This document shows, piece after piece, positions 46,234-55,021 of a stretch of DNA of 64,000 nucleotides; within the stretch, counting starts at the first letter, position 1; each line of letters opens with the position of its first letter. This stretch comes from an uncultured Chloroflexia bacterium (GTDB taxonomy: Bacteria; Chloroflexota; Limnocylindria; Limnocylindrales; CSP1-4). The stretch is from NCBI GenBank assembly GCA_963712745.1, contig CAVQJC010000020.1, forward strand, positions 256,001 through 320,000. The letters run 5' to 3'. The notes below the pieces were generated by a model. It ran no database searches. It was not told the DNA's origin and saw only the letters and a list, made by a program, of their open reading frames with translations. The translations under genes and the position numbers were made by a program.

Positions 46234-47451
46234 CTACGGCGCGAGTTGCCAGGTGAACGCGAGCCAGAGCAGCACGACGTGGCTGAGCGCGAAGGCGACG
46301 AGCACGATCGCCCGTCCGGCCCGTGAGGATCGTTCGGCCAAGACCCAGTCGAAGGGCCAGGCCACGGCCAGGAATCGCGGTGTGGACATGAGCGTGCCCG
46401 AAAGGAAGACCGTGGCCACGGCCAGGATGGATACCAGCGTGTAGGCCGGACGGATGCGGTCGTGCCGGAAGAACACGAAGAGGAAGACGTAGAACGCCAG
46501 GGTCCCGAGCCAAAGTGCGACGATCCAGGAAGGGGCCAGGCCCAGGGCCAAGTTCTCGTTGCCGTGGTCGGTCTCGAACAGGAGCTCTCCGTTCGGCGAG
46601 CCGGTCGGTTCCACCGCCTCGGACGCGCTCCAGAACGATTGGGCCGATACCGACGCCAGCGGGTCGCCGGTCAGCCACCAGAAGTAGGCGAAGAGACCCG
46701 CCAGGGCGATCGGCGCGATCAGCAGAGGGAGCCAGGTTCGCGAAGGTCGAGGCCCCGACCGTTCGATGATCATGAGCAGCAATGGCAGACCCAGGAGGAT
46801 CCCCGGCACACGGGTCAGTGTCGTCAACGCCAGCAGGATCCCGGCCAGCCAGGGGTGCCGCCACTCCATGGCCAGGAAGGTGCTGGCCGCGAGTAGCAGG
46901 AAGAGTGCGTCCGAGTAGGACATGGCGAAGGCGACCGCGCCCGGGGCCAGCGACAGGAACCAGAGGCTGAGGACCGCCTGTGCAGGTTGAAGGTAGCGGA
47001 CCGAGAGGGCATAGACCACCAGTAGCGCCCCAAAGAAGGCGGCATTGCCGGCCACGACCGAGGCCAGACTCGTGTCTCCCTGCGTCAGCAGCGTCGTCGC
47101 CCGCACGAGCGCGGGGTATCCGGGGTAGAAGGCGTAGTCGGGACCGTAGTCGGGGTCGGCGTGATAGCCGTCCTGGGCGATACCGATGTAGTAGGTGCCG
47201 TCCCAGGCGGTGAGACTGCCGATGACTGGTCGGTCGTCGACGCGGATGCCGTCGGGCGGTGGGGGCTGGGTCGTCTCGACCGCGATGGCCACCGCCAGCA
47301 CCAGCAGGCGAGTGACGATGAAGACCGCCGCGATGCGGGGCAGCGCCCAGCGCCAGTCGATGTCCGAGAGGCGCGCAGGGGCGGGCGAGGACAGGCTCAC
47401 GCCCATCGAGTCTATGGGCACGCCAGTCGCGCGCGAGAGCCCGATAGTCAT
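46234..47451 (-). CDS. GT-C (PIG-V-like) membrane mannosyltransferase family protein; start uncertain
   Basis: WDGTYYIGIAQDGY, AFYPGYP, YSDALF, TRVPG, STPRF; multi-TM. Confidence 0.8.
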   Translation of the reverse strand: MTIGLSRATGVPIDSMGVSLSSPAPARLSDIDWRWALPRIAAVFIVTRLLVLAVAIAVETTQPPPPDGIRVDDRPVIGSLTAWDGTYYIGIAQDGYHADPDYGPDYAFYPGYPALVRATTLLTQGDTSLASVVAGNAAFFGALLVVYALSVRYLQPAQAVLSLWFLSLAPGAVAFAMSYSDALFLLLAASTFLAMEWRHPWLAGILLALTTLTRVPGILLGLPLLLMIIERSGPRPSRTWLPLLIAPIALAGLFAYFWWLTGDPLASVSAQSFWSASEAVEPTGSPNGELLFETDHGNENLALGLAPSWIVALWLGTLAFYVFLFVFFRHDRIRPAYTLVSILAVATVFLSGTLMSTPRFLAVAWPFDWVLAERSSRAGRAIVLVAFALSHVVLLWLAFTWQLAP

Positions 47452-47547
47452 GGTCGCGGAGCGTGGATGCGTGGTGACCGAGGCGCCGGGCTCGCTTCCG
47501 CGGTACCATCGCGCCGCCCCGAACTACGAGTGCAAGCAGGATCACAC

Positions 47548-48279
47548 GTGCCCCGTTCCAGGAATACCCGGCTCCGCCCCAAGAACACCAGCCGCGCCGA
47601 AGCACGGCGTCGCTATCGCGATGAGCAGCGAGATGTGGAGCCCGCTCCGGGATCCGCCGAGGTCGCGGCCGACGCGGGAGCGGCGGCGCAGCCGTCACGC
47701 TCGATGCTCGCGATGCCCAACGTGGTCGAGGACCTCAAGGCGCTGCCCCAGGTCTTCCGCAAGCCGTTGGTGTGGCTGCCCTTCGGCCTGCTCTTGCTCG
47801 CCTTCGGCCTCGAGCTGGCGCGCCAGAGCGGCGCCCTGCCGGAGGGCCAGGTCGGCGATATCTTGGTCCTCTACATCCAGCTGACACTGCCGCCGACCTC
47901 GCTGTTCGTCTTCTTCATCGGTGGCTTCGTCGCTCCCCGTGCCTCGTACCTCGTGGGCGCGATGCTGGGCGTCCTGGATGCGACCCTCATCACCATCCTG
48001 GTGGTGCGCGACCAGGCCGCTCTCGCGGGCTCGGGAGTGACCGAGGTCGGCGCTGAGACGGCCTCGATCGAGACGCTCGGGCCGCTCTGGGGCATGGCCA
48101 TCATCGTGGGTGTCTTCGCCGGCGGCTTTGCCGCCTGGTACCGCCGCTTCCTGCGCTCGTCCCAGGAGCGCGCGGCAGCCAACCGTGCCGCCAAGGAGCG
48201 TGAGCAGGCGGAGAAGGCCAAGGCGCAGGCCCGTGCCGACAAGCAGGCAGCCCGCGAGTCTCGCCGCCAGGGCAAGTAG
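47548..48279 (+). CDS. Hypothetical membrane protein with basic termini
   Basis: About 4 TM helices, charged helical C-terminus; GTG start after an AGGA-like RBS. Confidence 0.7.
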   Translation: MPRSRNTRLRPKNTSRAEARRRYRDEQRDVEPAPGSAEVAADAGAAAQPSRSMLAMPNVVEDLKALPQVFRKPLVWLPFGLLLLAFGLELARQSGALPEGQVGDILVLYIQLTLPPTSLFVFFIGGFVAPRASYLVGAMLGVLDATLITILVVRDQAALAGSGVTEVGAETASIETLGPLWGMAIIVGVFAGGFAAWYRRFLRSSQERAAANRAAKEREQAEKAKAQARADKQAARESRRQGK

Positions 48280-48340
48280 CTGCTCGAGAGCGTCGTCTGA
48301 ACGCATCGACGCTGAGGCCGAGGTCCGCGGCAGCTCGAGG

Positions 48341-51300
48341 TCAACCCAGGCGTCGCATGCCGGCGTGGCCAAGCTGGCGCACACCCTCGGGCTGTTCCGG
48401 CCCGCCCCGTTCACGGCACACTTCCACGAGCGGCCGGATCTGCCGCGCCACGAGGTTCACCGTTCCCGATTCGACCTGCAGGTCACCTTCGACATAGAGC
48501 AGAGCGTGGCGGCGCACGACTCCGCGCAACCTCCCCCAGACCCTTGGCCACAAGGTGACGTTGACCATGCCCGTCTCATCCTCGAGCGCCAGGAAGACCG
48601 TGCCCTTGGCGGTCATCGGGTGCTGGCGCGTGACCACCAACCCACCGATGGCCACCCTTCCCGGCCTGCGCTCGGCCAGTTCGCCCAGCGTCACCGCCCC
48701 CACCCGACGTAGTGCCGGCCGGTACAGCTCCATGACCTGGTGGCGAGCGTCGAGCGAGAGGATGGCGTAGGCGTCGCCGAGCCGCTCCAGCTCGCTCGGC
48801 GGTGGCAGCGGCGGGGCCGGAGTCGGTGGCAAGCGGATGTCCAGCGGCCGCTCCCGGGCAGAACGTGATCCGAGCGAGCGGCCGTCGGCCCGGCCTCGCG
48901 TGGCCCCGGCGATCTCACGTAGCTGCCAGAGGGCTTCCCGGCGCGGCTGTCCCAGCGAGTCCAGTGCACCGGCTCGGATGAGTCGCTCCAGGACCTCCTG
49001 GGACAGCTCGGTACGAGCCACGAGGTCGGCCAGGGAGCGGAACGGGCCATCCTCCGCGCGGGCGGCGTCAAGCAGCTCCCCCTCGGTCTGGCCGATGCCC
49101 TTGACCAGTCCCAGCCCCAGGCGGATGCCGTAGCCACGGGCACTCGGCGCCGCATAGCGGTCACGCGCCTCCTCGCGGGGGACGACCACCGACGCCGAAC
49201 CGACCACCTCCGGACGCCGGTCGATGCCGGCCCCTGGCGGGAGCGGAGTGCCCGCCGGCCCGACCCACTCGGTGGTGGCACGGAAGTGGCTGGCGTTGAC
49301 GTCGACCGGCAGCACCGCCACCCCGTGTCGCTTGGCGTCGTTGACCAGGACCTCCACCGGGTAGAAGCCCATCGGCTGGGCGTTGATGAGTCCGGTCACG
49401 AACTGGGCGGGATAGAAGAGCTTGAGGAAGGCCGACTCATAGGCCGTCCGTGCGAAGGCCGCGGCGTGGCTCTTGTTGAAACCGAAGCTGGCGAAGCCGG
49501 CGACCTTGCCGAACAGCTCCTCGGCCGCCTCGCGTGTCAGCCCGTTGGTGCGCATGCAACCCTCGACGAAGCCCGTGTGCAACTTCTCCATCTCCTTCGC
49601 CGAGCGCCAGGTGCCCATGGCCCGGCGGAAGCCGTCCGAGTCGGCGGCGCTGAAGCCGGCCACGTCGATGGCGATCTTCATGACCTGCTCCTGGTACAGG
49701 ATCACGCCCAGCGTCTCGGCCAGGATGGGCTCGAGCGAGGGATGCAGGTAGGTCACCGCTTCGATGCCCTGGCGACGGCGCAGGTAGGGGTGGACAGCGT
49801 CGCCCTGGATAGGCCCGGGGCGGATGATGGCCACCTCCACCACGAGGTCGTCGAGCGTCTGCGGGCGGCTCTTGGGCAGCGTCTGCATCTGAGCCCGCGA
49901 CTCGATCTGGAAGACGCCCACCGTGTCCGCCGCGACGATCATGCGGAAGACCTCGTCGATGTCCTCCGGCAGCCGGTCGAGGTCCAGGCAGACGGCACAG
50001 TCAGCCTTGATGTCGCGCAGGGCGTCGTCGATGGCGCTGAGCATGCGCAGGCCGAGCAGATCGAGCTTGATGAGCTTCATCGTCTCGATGTCGCGCTTGT
50101 CGAACTGGACGACCACGCGGCCGGGCATGGTGGCGTGCTCGAGTGGGGCGATGTCGACCAGCGGCGCACGGGTAACGAGCATGCCACCGACGTGGATCGA
50201 GAGATGCCGTGGCCGGCCGTCGATGCGGGCACACAGCTCCAGCCAGCGGTCCCAGGGCGAGAGCCCCAGCGTGGAGCCGCGACGTCGCGGCGGCAGCGGG
50301 TCAAGCTCGATGGACCCGACGCTGGTGGCGAGGATGCGGCGCTCCTGTTCGCCGCCCATGTCATCCGTGTCGCCATCCCCGCCACGGTCCTGAAGCGAGG
50401 CCAGGGCCAGGCGACGCTGCGATTCGTGGCGCAGGAAGTGCTCGCTGGCGGGCGTGTCGCCGGGGCCACCCTCGTCGTCGGTCGGGCCCGGACGCAGGTC
50501 GGCCACCGGCACCAGCCGTTTCAGCTCGCCCATGTCATCGAGCAGCCGGCGCATACCCGCCTCACCTTCCGCCGGCTCGCTGAAGAACTCGGCGAAGCCC
50601 CCGTCGGCCTCGAGGTCCCGGCGCACCATCACCGAGTCGTAGGTCTCGAGGGCCTTGGCGACGCGGTCGACGAGGGGCCGCGGAAAGCCCAGGGCATAGC
50701 CCACCTCGCGCACGGCCGAGCGAGCCCGATAGGTGACGATGTTGCAGACCATGCCGGTGTGCTCCGCTCCGTAGCGCTCGTAGACGTACCCGATGACCTC
50801 CTCGCGCCGCGAGGAGGCGAAGTCGATGTCGACGTCGGGATAGGTCGTGCGGCCCTCGTTGATGAAACGCTCGAAAAGCAGCTCGTGGCGGATGGGGTCG
50901 ACGCGGGTGATGCCCAGGGCGTAGGCCACGATCGAGTCGCCGGCGCTGCCGCGACCCTGCGCGGGGATACCTCGCTCGCGGGAGAAGCGCATGAGATCCC
51001 AGCAGATGAGGAAGAACTCGGCCAGGCCCGTGCGCTCGATGATCTCCAGCTCGTGCGCCATCTGCTTGAGCACACGCGGGGTGATGGGGTGGTAGCGGCT
51101 GCGCACGCCGTCGTGGCACAGCCGTTCGAGGTAGGAGAAGGGCGTCTCTCCGCCGGGCACCGGGAAACCCGGGAAGCGGTAGCGCTCGAACTCGAGGCTG
51201 ACCTGGCAGCCGGCAGCGACTTCCCCGGCGCGCTTGATGCCGTCGAGCCAGGCATGGCGCACGAGCGGGTCGTCGTCGTGGCCCGGTGGCAGTGCCGCCA

Positions 51301-52210
51301 GATCGGCACCGTCCTTGAGCGCGTACTCGGCGTTGGGCCGGCGCAGGTGTGCGGCCGACTCGAGATCCTGCCCGTGGCGGATCGAGACGAGCACGTCCTG
51401 CAGCTCGCGGTCGGAGCGCAGCGCGTAGTGAGCGTCGTTGGTCACCACCGTGGGCAGACCGGCCTCGTGAGCCAGCCGAGCCAGCTCTGCGACCAGCCAG
51501 TCGTCGTCGGGCAGCAGGTGGTGCTGCAACTCCACGTAGAGCCTGTCGTGGGCGGCGATGGCCCCGAGGCGCGTCAACGCCCGGGCCGCGCCCTCGCGGT
51601 CGCCGGCCAGCAGCCGGCGCGACAGCTCCCCGTGGCGGCAGCCGGTGAGGATGACGAGGCCGTCCCGATGCTGCTCAAGCAGCTCGTGGCTGAAGCGTGG
51701 CACGCCCTTGGAGCCTGCGAGATGAGCAGCGCTGGCCAGCCGGCAGAGGCTGGCGTAGCCCGCCTGGTCCTGCGCCAGCAGTGTCAGGTGTGGGCCCAGC
51801 TCGCGCGGACGCACACCACGCAGGTCCTCGCGACGCGGTTCTCGATGGTCGGGAGGGCGTCGTCGGGTGACGACTGCACGGACTGGCTCCCCTGCCCCGG
51901 GCTCCGGCACGTGCACCGTGGGCGCCTGGCGCGAGCGCCCTTTCGGCTGTTTCGACGGGACCACGATCGCGTGGAGATCGACCGCCGCCGCATCGACGAG
52001 CTCGACCTCCATGCCCACGACCGCGTGGAGGCCAGCCTCGCGGGCTGCGGCCGAGAAGCGGACCGTGCCGTAGAGGCCCTGATGGTCGGTGACGGCCAGC
52101 CCGGACAGGCCCAGCTCCACCGCGCGTTCGACCAGATCATCGGCGGACGAGGCACCGTCGAGGAAGGAGAAGTCGGTGTGGCAGTGGAGTTCAGCGAAGG
52201 CCTTCGTCAC
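48341..52210 (-). CDS. dnaE2: Error-prone DNA polymerase III alpha (DnaE2/ImuC)
   Basis: AELHCHTDFSFLDG, GRGSAGDS, LFERF, PDVDIDF, PRHLSIHVGG, VFQIESRAQM, GFNKSHAAAF, LINAQPMGFY, RQHPMTAKG; LexA box upstream. Confidence 0.95.
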   Translation of the reverse strand: MTKAFAELHCHTDFSFLDGASSADDLVERAVELGLSGLAVTDHQGLYGTVRFSAAAREAGLHAVVGMEVELVDAAAVDLHAIVVPSKQPKGRSRQAPTVHVPEPGAGEPVRAVVTRRRPPDHREPRREDLRGVRPRELGPHLTLLAQDQAGYASLCRLASAAHLAGSKGVPRFSHELLEQHRDGLVILTGCRHGELSRRLLAGDREGAARALTRLGAIAAHDRLYVELQHHLLPDDDWLVAELARLAHEAGLPTVVTNDAHYALRSDRELQDVLVSIRHGQDLESAAHLRRPNAEYALKDGADLAALPPGHDDDPLVRHAWLDGIKRAGEVAAGCQVSLEFERYRFPGFPVPGGETPFSYLERLCHDGVRSRYHPITPRVLKQMAHELEIIERTGLAEFFLICWDLMRFSRERGIPAQGRGSAGDSIVAYALGITRVDPIRHELLFERFINEGRTTYPDVDIDFASSRREEVIGYVYERYGAEHTGMVCNIVTYRARSAVREVGYALGFPRPLVDRVAKALETYDSVMVRRDLEADGGFAEFFSEPAEGEAGMRRLLDDMGELKRLVPVADLRPGPTDDEGGPGDTPASEHFLRHESQRRLALASLQDRGGDGDTDDMGGEQERRILATSVGSIELDPLPPRRRGSTLGLSPWDRWLELCARIDGRPRHLSIHVGGMLVTRAPLVDIAPLEHATMPGRVVVQFDKRDIETMKLIKLDLLGLRMLSAIDDALRDIKADCAVCLDLDRLPEDIDEVFRMIVAADTVGVFQIESRAQMQTLPKSRPQTLDDLVVEVAIIRPGPIQGDAVHPYLRRRQGIEAVTYLHPSLEPILAETLGVILYQEQVMKIAIDVAGFSAADSDGFRRAMGTWRSAKEMEKLHTGFVEGCMRTNGLTREAAEELFGKVAGFASFGFNKSHAAAFARTAYESAFLKLFYPAQFVTGLINAQPMGFYPVEVLVNDAKRHGVAVLPVDVNASHFRATTEWVGPAGTPLPPGAGIDRRPEVVGSASVVVPREEARDRYAAPSARGYGIRLGLGLVKGIGQTEGELLDAARAEDGPFRSLADLVARTELSQEVLERLIRAGALDSLGQPRREALWQLREIAGATRGRADGRSLGSRSARERPLDIRLPPTPAPPLPPPSELERLGDAYAILSLDARHQVMELYRPALRRVGAVTLGELAERRPGRVAIGGLVVTRQHPMTAKGTVFLALEDETGMVNVTLWPRVWGRLRGVVRRHALLYVEGDLQVESGTVNLVARQIRPLVEVCRERGGPEQPEGVRQLGHAGMRRLG

Positions 52211-52220
52211 CGGTCTCATC

Positions 52221-52238
52221 ATAGAACATCTGTTCTAT
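52221..52238. promoter_or_regulatory. LexA (SOS) box overlapping the dnaE2 promoter
   Basis: ATAGAAC-ATCT-GTTCTAT, abutting a minus-strand TATGAT -10 (52218-52223). Confidence 0.9.
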
Positions 52239-52279
52239 ATCAAGAAGGCCTAGCTGCGGGCTCTTGCCGCCAGACCCCG

Positions 52280-52405
52280 ATGAACACGGGCTGCGAGCTC
52301 ATCGTGGTCGAGGGCGGCGGCCACGACTGGCAGATCGAGGGCGCGGACGCCGACGTGAACGAGCTGGTCTGGTCGTTCCTGAGCCGTTTCTCGCTACCCG
52401 CCTAG
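52280..52405 (+). pseudogene. C-terminal remnant of an LpqC/PHB-depolymerase-type esterase
   Basis: ELIVVEGGGHDW...VNELVWSFL resembles the catalytic-His end of this family; no N-terminal part is present. Confidence 0.55.
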
Positions 52406-52526
52406 GCCCGCAGGCCGAGCGGCCACCGCGGGGCACGACGGGACTCAGCCCGGCACGCCGGGGCGCCGCCCCGCGTTGCGGTGTTGCGTCTTGTCAACAC
52501 CCTGACAACGAGTAGAATCAGAGGCA

Positions 52527-53438
52527 GTGGCAGACAGGGGCCTGCAAGCGTACGCCGTGCCCTCGGCGCGAGCGGGCCAGCAAACAGACCCCGCTGCGCG
52601 CCGTGACGCCCTTTCCGGGCTGACGGCCGGTGGTTTCCTCGTGGCCGTCATCGTGGTCGTGCTAGCCATCATCGTGGCTGCTCCCCAATACGCCAAGCCG
52701 GCCCCCGGCGCCGGGATGGCCGCCGATGCGAGCACAGAACCCTCTCTTGATCCAGATCTGACCCAATCGGTCGTCGCCGCTGCCGAGGTGCCCACCTCGA
52801 AGCCACCGGGCGATCTCAAGGGCTACCGCTGGCCGGTGCGCGGTGGCTCTGTCCATTCGTTCTACGAGTACTCTCCCACGGGCCGCTTCGAGATCCGGGG
52901 CAAACGCGTCCACGACGGCCTCATCATCACCTGGTTCGAGGGCGCCGTGGTCAAGGCCGCGCACAAGGGCACGGTCGTCGCCGCCGGGCGGGACTGGGCC
53001 GATCACACCGGCTACGCCAGCTCGCTCGACAAGGTCTACCAGCGCTACGCCGACCCTTCGGCTGCCAAGGCCAAGAAGAAGGGGAAGAGTCGCAGGAAGC
53101 CCGCCTACCCCCAGGGCATCGTCATCGACGATGGGAACGGCTACTACAGCATCTACAGCGAGATCAAGGACCTTCGCGTGAAGCCTGGAGACAAGGTCAA
53201 GCCCGGCCAGATCATCGGGGGCATGAGCCGAGCCGAGGGCAAGCAGATGATGCGCTATCGCCTCGTGCGCATGGACGGCCCCATGATGAGGGTCCACGAG
53301 TCGGACCGGCAGCTGGGCTATCCCGACTACGCACGCGAGCGTGTCGACCCGCTGGCGGTGCTGGACATCGACGCCAAGAAGCGCCCGAAGCGCGCGGAGA
53401 AGGGCCCGAAGGACCCGCCCCGGCTGTCCGAGTACTAG
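52527..53438 (+). CDS. Membrane-anchored M23/LytM-like protein with degenerate active site
   Basis: N-terminal TM; YRWPV, VKAAHKGTVVAAG, IVIDDGNGYYSIY, VKPGDKVKPGQIIG; HxxxD, catalytic H and HxH are altered. Confidence 0.8.
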   Translation: MADRGLQAYAVPSARAGQQTDPAARRDALSGLTAGGFLVAVIVVVLAIIVAAPQYAKPAPGAGMAADASTEPSLDPDLTQSVVAAAEVPTSKPPGDLKGYRWPVRGGSVHSFYEYSPTGRFEIRGKRVHDGLIITWFEGAVVKAAHKGTVVAAGRDWADHTGYASSLDKVYQRYADPSAAKAKKKGKSRRKPAYPQGIVIDDGNGYYSIYSEIKDLRVKPGDKVKPGQIIGGMSRAEGKQMMRYRLVRMDGPMMRVHESDRQLGYPDYARERVDPLAVLDIDAKKRPKRAEKGPKDPPRLSEY

Positions 53439-53455
53439 CCTGTCCGAGTACTGGC
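53424..53455. repeat. 16-bp tandem duplication across the M23 stop codon
   Basis: CTGTCCGAGTACTAGC CTGTCCGAGTACTGGC. Confidence 0.8.
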
Positions 53456-53495
53456 CCTGGGGTGCGACGGCGCCGGCCGTCTGGCCCTGGTGTCG

Positions 53496-53744
53496 CTAGT
53501 CATAGAGACGCTCGAGGTGCCAGGAGCCGTCGAGACCGTCGCGGTAGACGAGCGCCAATACTCGCGGTCCTACGACCTTGAAGTAGTCGCGCACCAGCGG
53601 CCGGCGCCACCAGGCCTCCTCGATACGCCAGTGGTTGCAGGTCTCGACCGGTTCGCGCACACCCAGCCAACGCAGCCCGACCGGCCAGCCGCGATCATCC
53701 TCCTCCACCTCGATGGCCGGATGCTGGCCCAGCAGTCGCGTCAT
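53496..53744 (-). CDS. Stand-alone ImuB-C/DUF6504-like protein
   Basis: WRIEEAWW...RDYFKV...WHLERLYD resembles the C-terminal domain of ImuB proteins; ATGA overlap with imuB. Confidence 0.75.
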   Translation of the reverse strand: MTRLLGQHPAIEVEEDDRGWPVGLRWLGVREPVETCNHWRIEEAWWRRPLVRDYFKVVGPRVLALVYRDGLDGSWHLERLYD

Positions 53745-54988
53745 GCCTCTGTCCCTGCCGCATCGTGCTGTGCCGCGTCGTGCCAGTCGAACCGCCGCTC
53801 AGCGAGGGCTGCCTCCACGTCCCCGGTGACCGCGCGCAGGATGCGGTCGGAGCCGAAGCGGATGGCGAGGCTGGCCAGCTGCCACTCCAGCCGGGCAGCA
53901 TGCGCACCCTGCCGACTGAACAACGTCAGCTGCTGGCCGGCCTCAGGCGCGGTGCCATCGAGCTGCAGTGCCAGCCGCCCCACTGCCGCCGACGGTGGTG
54001 CCGCTTCCAGGCGGGCCATGAGCAGTCGCTCCAGGAGCTCGGCGGCGGCCGACGGCTCCGGCAGCGCCTGGCGATACTCGAGCGGCGGCACCTCCGCTCC
54101 CGGTGACCGCTCCAGCGTCAGCGTCAACGTGGCACGGGCAGCGCCGGCACCACGTGCCGCGAGTTGCTCACAGAGCGTGCTGCACAGGTGGTGGAGCACG
54201 AAACGAAGCGGTTCCAGCTCCTCCACCGGTGGCTCCAGCTCCACGTCTGCGGTGAGATGCTCGACCGGGCGGCGTGGTCGCAACGGCCGCCGGTCCAGGC
54301 CGCGGACGAGGTCATGCATCGCCGCCCCCGCGGCCCCGAAGCGGGAGACCACCGCGGAGTGGTCCAGGGCGGCCAGCTGCCCCATCGTGGTCAGTCCCAG
54401 CACGCGCAGACGCTCCTGCATCTCCGCATCCGCCGGCAGCAGTGTCAGCGGCAAGGGCTCGAGGAAGGCCGCCTCTTCGCGCCGCCCGCCGGGAGGCACA
54501 GCACCAGCGCCGATGTGCGCGGCCACCGCCGCCCCGAACCGGGTGTTTCCGATACCCGCTCGCGGGCTTCCCGGCAACAGCGGCTCCGCGATGGCCAGCG
54601 CGCGCCGGACCAGGCTCGCCTCGTCACCCCACAGCCGGGCCAGGCCCTCGATACCGATGAGGATGCGGCCGAAACGCGGGTCGGCCGGGTCGACCTCCCC
54701 TTCCACGGCCGGGGCCAGCGAGTTCAGTGCGTCCAGCGCCTCTTCGAAGGGATCGGCCAGCCGGGCAGGTTCGAGCGGCAGGAAGGTCGCCTCCGGGACC
54801 AGGCTGTGGGCCGTACCCAGCGGCTGTCCGCGGCGCACGCCCAGCGCACTGGCGGCAGGGCTGCGGTCGAGCACGGCACCGGGATCCCACGGCCGTCCCC
54901 CGAGGATGACGGTCTCCTCCGGACCGAGGTCGCGGCCGAGCGCCAGTCGCAACGGCAGGTGCGGCCAGTCCAGGTACAGCAAGCGCAT
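53741..54988 (-). CDS. imuB: Inactive Y-family polymerase ImuB
   Basis: SPAASALGVRRGQPL..A..L.P, RLWGDE, FLEPLPL..L, LGLTTMGQLA, QQLTLF beta-clamp motif; lacks the catalytic SxDE motif. Confidence 0.88.
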   Translation of the reverse strand: MRLLYLDWPHLPLRLALGRDLGPEETVILGGRPWDPGAVLDRSPAASALGVRRGQPLGTAHSLVPEATFLPLEPARLADPFEEALDALNSLAPAVEGEVDPADPRFGRILIGIEGLARLWGDEASLVRRALAIAEPLLPGSPRAGIGNTRFGAAVAAHIGAGAVPPGGRREEAAFLEPLPLTLLPADAEMQERLRVLGLTTMGQLAALDHSAVVSRFGAAGAAMHDLVRGLDRRPLRPRRPVEHLTADVELEPPVEELEPLRFVLHHLCSTLCEQLAARGAGAARATLTLTLERSPGAEVPPLEYRQALPEPSAAAELLERLLMARLEAAPPSAAVGRLALQLDGTAPEAGQQLTLFSRQGAHAARLEWQLASLAIRFGSDRILRAVTGDVEAALAERRFDWHDAAQHDAAGTEA

Positions 54989-55021
54989 GGTTCGCTCGAT
55001 GGCACGTCCGCGAGGCCGCGC

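Noticed and set aside
50260-50600. DnaE2 insertion as an intein
   Set aside because: No N-terminal Cys/Ser block, no His-Asn-Cys/Ser/Thr end, and no LAGLIDADG motif.
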